This document shows, one piece after another, positions 52,606 through 57,005 of a stretch of DNA of 57,005 nucleotides. The notes below the pieces were generated by a model. The model had not been told where the DNA came from and ran no database searches. It saw nothing but the letters and a program-made list of their open reading frames with translations. This DNA is from Alphaproteobacteria bacterium. Lineage in GTDB: Bacteria; Pseudomonadota; Alphaproteobacteria; RF32; CAG-239. Within the stretch, counting starts at the first letter, position 1. Each line of letters opens with the position of its first letter. The stretch is taken from the NCBI GenBank assembly GCA_031550205.1, contig JAVBOV010000028.1, positions 1 to 57,005 of the forward strand, read 5' to 3'. The translations under genes and the position numbers were made by a program.

Positions 52606-53123
52606 TAACCAAACCCAAAACCAGCCGCCAAGATTTGCTTATTTACAAAGCTTTCAGAAAAGCCGTTGAACTGGACAAGCTGCGCATTTATCTCGATTAT
52701 TCCAAAATCAACCGCCCCTCTTCCCCGGTTTATGACCCCTGGGAAAGCCTGCTGCCCATTTTGGTTCCGGTTTTGCTCGGACTGCTCTTAATCTTATGCG
52801 TCGGAATTTTCTTCGGCTTGCTGTTCATCATTGCCATGGTTTTTGCCTACACCGCATATTTTAAGAGAAAGCTCCACAAAAGGCTCATTTTCCGCACCAA
52901 AAACTTCTTAACCGCCAACATCGACAACTGCCAAAAGCTTTGGGATTTCGGCGGCATTGTTTTTGTAAACACTGAAAACAAGCAGGTCGGGTGTGTTTCT
53001 CCGGAAGGAGACTGGAAAGAATTTGTGGTTGCCAATTACAACGAATTTATGACCGAGAAAAAAGAGCCGCAAAAAGAAGAAAAGACCAGAAAACATGACA
53101 AGCCGCTCCGCAGAAAAAGATAA
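52602..53123 (+). CDS. Hypothetical membrane protein
   Basis: Central double-TM hydrophobic block (LLPILVPVLLGLLLILCVGIFFGLLFIIAMVFAY). Translationally coupled to mltA. Confidence 0.5.
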   Translation: MITKPKTSRQDLLIYKAFRKAVELDKLRIYLDYSKINRPSSPVYDPWESLLPILVPVLLGLLLILCVGIFFGLLFIIAMVFAYTAYFKRKLHKRLIFRTKNFLTANIDNCQKLWDFGGIVFVNTENKQVGCVSPEGDWKEFVVANYNEFMTEKKEPQKEEKTRKHDKPLRRKR

Positions 53124-53562
53124 TTCCTGGTCAGAATTTATCAAAGACATTAAAGAACAGCCGCAAAAAATTGCCGTTGAAAAACCCCTAAAGAAAATCA
53201 CCGTAAAAAGAAACCTCTCAATTCCGCACGCCTTAACCATAGGCAAAGCCAACGGCATGGATAAATCCACCGAAAAAAAGTTTCGCCAATCCAAATTTGA
53301 AATTGAAGCCGCCTTAGATTTGCATGGTTTCAGAGAATCTGAGGCTTTTGAAAAAGTAAACGCCTTCATCAAAACCTCATATGCCTTAAACCGCCGCTGC
53401 ATCTTAATCATCAGCGGCAAAGGTGAGGTCTTAAAAGAAGCCCTGCCCCGCTGGCTTAAATCTGAAGAACTAAGCCCTTTCATCTTATCTTCCCGCCACC
53501 CCGAACCCACCCTCGGCGGCACCGGCGCCCTTTACATCCTCCTAAGAAGAAAAAGACCTTAA
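53095..53562 (+). CDS. Smr-domain protein
   Basis: LDLHGFRESEAFEKVNAFI...ILIISGKG...LKEALPRWL is the Smr/MutS2 C-terminal domain pattern. Confidence 0.85.
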   Translation: MTSRSAEKDNSWSEFIKDIKEQPQKIAVEKPLKKITVKRNLSIPHALTIGKANGMDKSTEKKFRQSKFEIEAALDLHGFRESEAFEKVNAFIKTSYALNRRCILIISGKGEVLKEALPRWLKSEELSPFILSSRHPEPTLGGTGALYILLRRKRP

Positions 53563-53576
53563 ACCCTCTTCAAAAC

Positions 53577-53602
53577 GTCATTCTGAGCGCAGCGTAAGAA
53601 TC
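53577..53602. repeat. GTCATTCTGAGCG..GTAAGAATC hairpin repeat
   Basis: gtcattctgagcgcagcgtaagaatc. Confidence 0.6.
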
Positions 53603-53630
53603 TCGGCAAAACACTTTGTCTAAAAACCTC

Positions 53631-53659
53631 TTGCTTTAGACCAAAAAATCTGTTATATT
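53631..53659 (+). promoter_or_regulatory. Sigma-70-like promoter of the second WG-repeat gene
   Basis: TTGCTT-17 nt-TATATT. The paralogous position at 39435-39463 reads TTGCAT-17 nt-TACCCT. Confidence 0.4.
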
Positions 53660-53693
53660 CCTCTCAAATCAAAATTATTAAATTTATATCATT

Positions 53694-54764
53694 ATGGAAA
53701 ATATTAAAAAAACCCTCGAAAACGGCAACATCTTGGAAAGACGTTTATCCCGCTTAAGTTCAAAACGCTCCGTTCTCACCATCAAAAACCCTCAGGGCAA
53801 AACCCTCTTCAGAGGAAACTTCTTAAGCGATCAAGCTTTAACCTTTGAAAACGGCATCATCCGCATTGCAGATTGCTGGCTAACCATAAACGGTGAAGAT
53901 TTAAGCAAAGCTTATCTCTACCCGTCTTTTGTTTCCTGTGGCATCAAAATAACCAGCCGCAAAACCAACAAAGACGGAGTGGTCAACAGCTTGGGAGAAC
54001 CTATCATCCAACTGCGCTATGATTTAATTGAGCCTCTTAATGTTCAAAACAGCCCTGAAGGCTGGCTGCTTTTAAAAAACACAAGCGAAGATAAAAAAGA
54101 TTTGTATTCCGGCCTGGCCAATGAAGAAGGAAATGTTGTTATTGAAGCAAACCAATTTCACCGCTTCTTTTTCACTCCTTTCCACATCATCGCCTCAGAC
54201 GGTAATCATGACTATGCGCGAAGCTATAAAAACCTACCGCTTGCAAAATATAAGAACATTTCTTATAACCGCGAGCAAATGGTTTATATTGCCGAGCAAA
54301 CCCTTAAAGAAAAAAGATACATGGTTTTATCATCAGAGCTTCAAACGTTGATTACCGGCACTGCTGAAATCTTAAGGATTTACAATAGCGGCAATGTCAT
54401 CATCTACAAAGATGAAAACAATTTCATCCGCGTTAAAGGCGCCGCGGACAAAGAAGATAAATCTTTTGATAATGAATTGTTCAGAAACAGCCTAGCCAAC
54501 AAACACGGCTTCGCTCTTTTACAAAAAAATGAATGGCGCATCTTCGATTCAAATGGTGCTTATTGTTTTAAAGCGACCCTTAAAGGCATAGAAAAGATAG
54601 AAATTTTTAAACAAGGTATAAAATTTTCTCTGTCTCCTAAAAAACAGCTCTTTTCTGACTGGAACGGTAGATTCCCTGACGGTTTAGAATCCGAATACGA
54701 TGAAATAGAGGTCACCGACTTCGAAGTCATCGGAAAAAAACACGACATCCACCGTTTCGCATAA
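53694..54764 (+). CDS. WG/KWG-repeat-like protein (paralogue of 39497-40633)
   Basis: Shares NGNIL..RL......R.VLTI..P.G..LFR, GLANEEGNVVIEA and FTPFHIIASD with the first copy. The leader ctcaaatcaaaattattaaat..atatcattATG is conserved. Confidence 0.65.
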   Translation: MENIKKTLENGNILERRLSRLSSKRSVLTIKNPQGKTLFRGNFLSDQALTFENGIIRIADCWLTINGEDLSKAYLYPSFVSCGIKITSRKTNKDGVVNSLGEPIIQLRYDLIEPLNVQNSPEGWLLLKNTSEDKKDLYSGLANEEGNVVIEANQFHRFFFTPFHIIASDGNHDYARSYKNLPLAKYKNISYNREQMVYIAEQTLKEKRYMVLSSELQTLITGTAEILRIYNSGNVIIYKDENNFIRVKGAADKEDKSFDNELFRNSLANKHGFALLQKNEWRIFDSNGAYCFKATLKGIEKIEIFKQGIKFSLSPKKQLFSDWNGRFPDGLESEYDEIEVTDFEVIGKKHDIHRFA

Positions 54765-54770
54765 CCACAT

Positions 54771-54802
54771 AAAAACAGGCTCCAACCGGAGCCTGTTTTT
54801 TT
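54771..54802 (+). terminator. Rho-independent terminator
   Basis: aaaaacaggctcc-aacc-ggagcctgttttttt. Confidence 0.8.
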
Positions 54803-54848
54803 ATACCCAAACACCCTCTTCCCTGCCTTAGTGTATATATAAAAAAAC

Positions 54849-54961
54849 GTCATTGCGAGGGCTTTAGCCCGCGGCAATCTCATCTGAATTTTTTTCTAGA
54901 ATATTTTACAATTAGATAGATAGGATTCTGCTGAGATTGCCGCACTCCGCTCGCAATGACG
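54849..54961. repeat. Inverted doublet of GTCATTGCGAG hairpin repeats (REPIN-like)
   Basis: gtcattgcgagggctttagcccgcggcaatc (54849-54879) and gattgccgcactccgctcgcaatgacg (54935-54961) face each other across a 55-bp AT-rich spacer. A solo family-A left terminus cctgccttagtg lies at 54822-54833. Confidence 0.6.
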
Positions 54962-55002
54962 TTTTTAAAACCGCCTTTACTCTTTTTGTGCAAACAAAAA
55001 AC

Positions 55003-55680
55003 CTAACCCCAAACCGGTTCCTTAATCTTCTTCATAAATTCCTCATGCGCTGCCAGCTCTTCTGCGCTCAAACCAAAGTTTCTTGGCTCTCTGAATTTTC
55101 TATCAATATCTCCGCTTAAAGCTGAAGCGGCCTTTTTTGCCTCTATTTCCAGTGCCATTTTCGGCTCAATTCCGCCCAAAAGCTCATAATAAACCTTGGC
55201 CAGAATCTGACTGTCCAAAAGCGCCCCGTGCAATGTGCGGTCAGAATTATCAACTCCCAAACGCTTACATAATGCATCCAAATTATTTCTGGCTCCAGGA
55301 TAAAGCCTTCTGGCCATCTCCAACGTATCAACCACCCTGCCCCATTCCAAAAGCTCTCGGTTGGCTCTTTTAAATTCGGCATTCAAAAAATTAATATCAA
55401 AAGAAGCATTATGCGCCACCAAAATTGCGTCGCCGATAAACTCCAAAAACTCATCAGCAATTTCTTCAAACCCCGGAAACTTGGCCAAAAATTCATCAGA
55501 CAAGCCATGCACAGCCTTAGCCTCTTCCGGCATACCACGCTTCGGATTAATATATTGATGATAAGTCTTTCCGGTCGGTATGTGGTTCCACAGCTCAATT
55601 GCGCCAATCTCAACCACTCTGTCATCATCATTAAATTTTAAACCGGTAGTTTCCGTATCAAAAACAATTTCTCTAACCAT
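55003..55680 (-). CDS. dnaQ: DNA polymerase III epsilon subunit (3'-5' exonuclease)
   Basis: Exo I IVFDTETTGL, Exo II LVAHNASFDINFL, Exo III HGALLDSQILAKVY. Confidence 0.95.
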   Translation of the reverse strand: MVREIVFDTETTGLKFNDDDRVVEIGAIELWNHIPTGKTYHQYINPKRGMPEEAKAVHGLSDEFLAKFPGFEEIADEFLEFIGDAILVAHNASFDINFLNAEFKRANRELLEWGRVVDTLEMARRLYPGARNNLDALCKRLGVDNSDRTLHGALLDSQILAKVYYELLGGIEPKMALEIEAKKAASALSGDIDRKFREPRNFGLSAEELAAHEEFMKKIKEPVWG

Positions 55681-56254
55681 TTATTTTCTCTATAATCTGA
55701 ATTAATTCCATTTTTAATATATTTTTAGGCTTATCCGTGTCTATAATAATGTCCGATAAAATTTCCTTATCTCTCATATCAAGCTGCACCTTGTTGATTT
55801 TTTCAAAATCCTCGGCTGAAATATTATCTCTTTCCATCACCCTTTTTTTCTGCAGTTCATAATCAACATAGGCTAAAATCACATAATCGCAATATTTTTG
55901 CCAGCCCATTTCAAACAAAAGCGCAATATCAATAAAAAACAACTCGCTTGATGTTTTATTTTTTCTAATAAGCCTTTTTAAAGTTTGTTTCAAAAACGGA
56001 TGAATTAAAGATTCTAAAAGCTTTAATTGTTTATTGTCGCTAAACACAATATTACGCAAAGCTCTTTTATTAACCGCACACCCTTGAACAATGGTAGGAA
56101 AGTGATTAGATATAACCGCAATAAAGTCTTTTTGATAATAAAGTCTTGCAACCCAGGCATCGACATCATAAACAACATACCCAAGCTCTTTAACCAAACC
56201 CGCTAATGTTGTTTTTCCGCAGCCGACCGAGCCTGTTATTGCTACTATTTTCAA
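55673..56254 (-). CDS. coaE: Dephospho-CoA kinase
   Basis: IVAITGSVGCGKTT P-loop. The probable start is the TTG at 56254, 8 nt after aaggag. The track start at 56308 (also TTG) would add 18 aa running through a DnaA box. Overlaps the dnaQ start by 8 nt. Confidence 0.88.
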   Translation of the reverse strand: MKIVAITGSVGCGKTTLAGLVKELGYVVYDVDAWVARLYYQKDFIAVISNHFPTIVQGCAVNKRALRNIVFSDNKQLKLLESLIHPFLKQTLKRLIRKNKTSSELFFIDIALLFEMGWQKYCDYVILAYVDYELQKKRVMERDNISAEDFEKINKVQLDMRDKEILSDIIIDTDKPKNILKMELIQIIEKING

Positions 56255-56721
56255 ATACTTAAACTCCTTATCCACAAAACTTGTCCAGCTCTGTGTATAA
56301 ATAACCAATTATTAACCTTTATACTATTTAATACACAATACCACAAATCTGCTCTACTACTTACCAACATCTTAATAACTTAAATCCACATCTCTTAAAT
56401 ATCTTAATAAAAGATTCTATTCACAAACACAATAAAAAATCATTTACACGGTAAAATATAAGATTCCACATCTAAAAAATTTTTTATCACACAACTTTAC
56501 CAACATCCCTTTTCCTTGTGCACAAACCTATGCACTCTTTTTAATCCACACCTCTAACAAGCATATACTAACAACAACTAATTTTTTAAAATATATATTA
56601 GGGTAGGCTTGTCTGTGTATAATTTCCTTTGACACTTTCCAATTTAAATCATATAACAAAAGTATTCAAAAAGACATATTCTTGTCGCAAATTTCCCTCA
56701 CATACACATAAAGGCACTTAC
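56255..56721. other. Candidate chromosomal replication origin (oriC)
   Basis: AT-rich ORF-free spacer between divergent coaE-dnaQ and rho. Perfect DnaA box TTATCCACA at 56268-56276. Near-matches at 56292-56300, 56382-56390, 56462-56470, 56542-56550 and 56614-56622. Pure A/T 20-mer at 56581-56600. Confidence 0.5.
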
Positions 56722-57005
56722 ATGCATTTAAACGATTTAAAGAAAAAATCTTCTCAGGCTTTGTTAACTCAGGCAGAGGAGTTAGGTATTGAAGAAGCAT
56801 CTTCCATGCGTAAACAAGACCTAATGTTTGCTATTCTGAAGAAACTCTCATCAGATGACACTATAATCTATGGCGAAGGAACGATAGAAGTTCTTCAAGA
56901 TGGCTTTGGTTTCCTACGCTCATCTCAATCAAACTACCTTGCCGGACCCGATGATATATATGTTTCTCCGGCTCAGGTTAAGCGTTTCTCTTTGAAAACC
57001 GGTGA
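56722..57005 (+). CDS. rho: Transcription termination factor Rho (N-terminal part; continues beyond the window)
   Basis: MHLNDLKKKSSQALLTQAEELGIEEASSMRKQDLMFAILKK...GEGTIEVLQDGFGFLRS is the canonical Rho N-terminal and RNA-binding domain start. Confidence 0.95.
   Translation, partial: MHLNDLKKKSSQALLTQAEELGIEEASSMRKQDLMFAILKKLSSDDTIIYGEGTIEVLQDGFGFLRSSQSNYLAGPDDIYVSPAQVKRFSLKTG

Noticed and set aside
56255-56308. The 18-aa N-terminal extension of coaE given by the ORF track.
   Set aside because: The extension starts at a TTG with no RBS and runs through the perfect DnaA box. An internal TTG at 56254 has an aaggag RBS and gives the usual M-K-I-V-A-I-T-G P-loop spacing.
56255-56721. CtrA boxes (TTAA-N7-TTAAC) in the putative origin.
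   Set aside because: There are several TTAA pairs, but none has the exact 7-nt spacing and full half-sites. No claim is made.
1-57005. A CRISPR array, suggested by the many short palindromic repeats.
   Set aside because: The repeats are dispersed singly or as inverted doublets. There is no regular repeat-spacer periodicity anywhere and there are no cas genes.
1-57005. tRNA, rRNA, tmRNA, SRP RNA and RNase P RNA genes.
   Set aside because: I scanned the intergenic regions for T-arm GGTTCGA-type motifs, an SRP GGAAGCAGCC-like motif and an RNase P GAAAGTCCGGGC motif. The only weak resemblances were aagtccgat at 49166 and gtccggagtcgatag in family C, which are not convincing.

Overview
This 57-kb chromosomal window is moderately AT-rich. 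By gene content and synteny it looks like a streamlined alphaproteobacterium. The supporting blocks are addB-addA-trxA, rph-rdgB, lptF/G-lptD-surA-rsmA, a mic60-like/hemY-like pair next to tsaD-nth, secB/Tim44-like/mltA/smr, and dnaQ-coaE facing rho. I support about 50 CDS. I found no rRNA, tRNA, CRISPR array or transposase. The backbone genes are rpsF-rpsR-rplI, comM, hemW, grpE, ftsK, fabD-fabG, aroK and xerD. The following features stand out. (1) A hydC-hydB-hydA trimeric [FeFe]-hydrogenase operon sits between fabG and the lpt cluster. (2) An archaeal/eukaryote-type ADP-dependent sugar kinase overlaps the end of the mic60-like/hemY-like operon, and a long GT5 starch/glycogen-synthase-like gene sits between rph and grpE. 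(3) The AT-rich coaE-rho spacer is rich in DnaA boxes and is a good oriC candidate. (4) Non-coding DNA is unusually structured. A ~280-bp element is present three times with compensatory stem changes. A ~100-bp palindromic element abuts stop codons, and a 144-bp relative is inserted exactly in frame after codon 2 of xerD. There is a third repeat family with three copies, many small GTCATTGCGAG-type hairpins (some as inverted doublets), a shared TACGTGA-N6-TCACGTA palindrome at two loci, and a TTGTAACAAAAGTTTAAC upstream motif shared by four small ORFan genes. (5) A 772-aa secreted protein carries a (CxxK/P)n cysteine ladder and a trypsin-like domain whose catalytic triad appears to be substituted. 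(6) A hipBA module is flanked on both sides by operator-like palindromes, and there is a divergent XRE pair and two WG-repeat paralogues with duplicated leaders. All functional calls come from reading motifs by eye. No database search was run.
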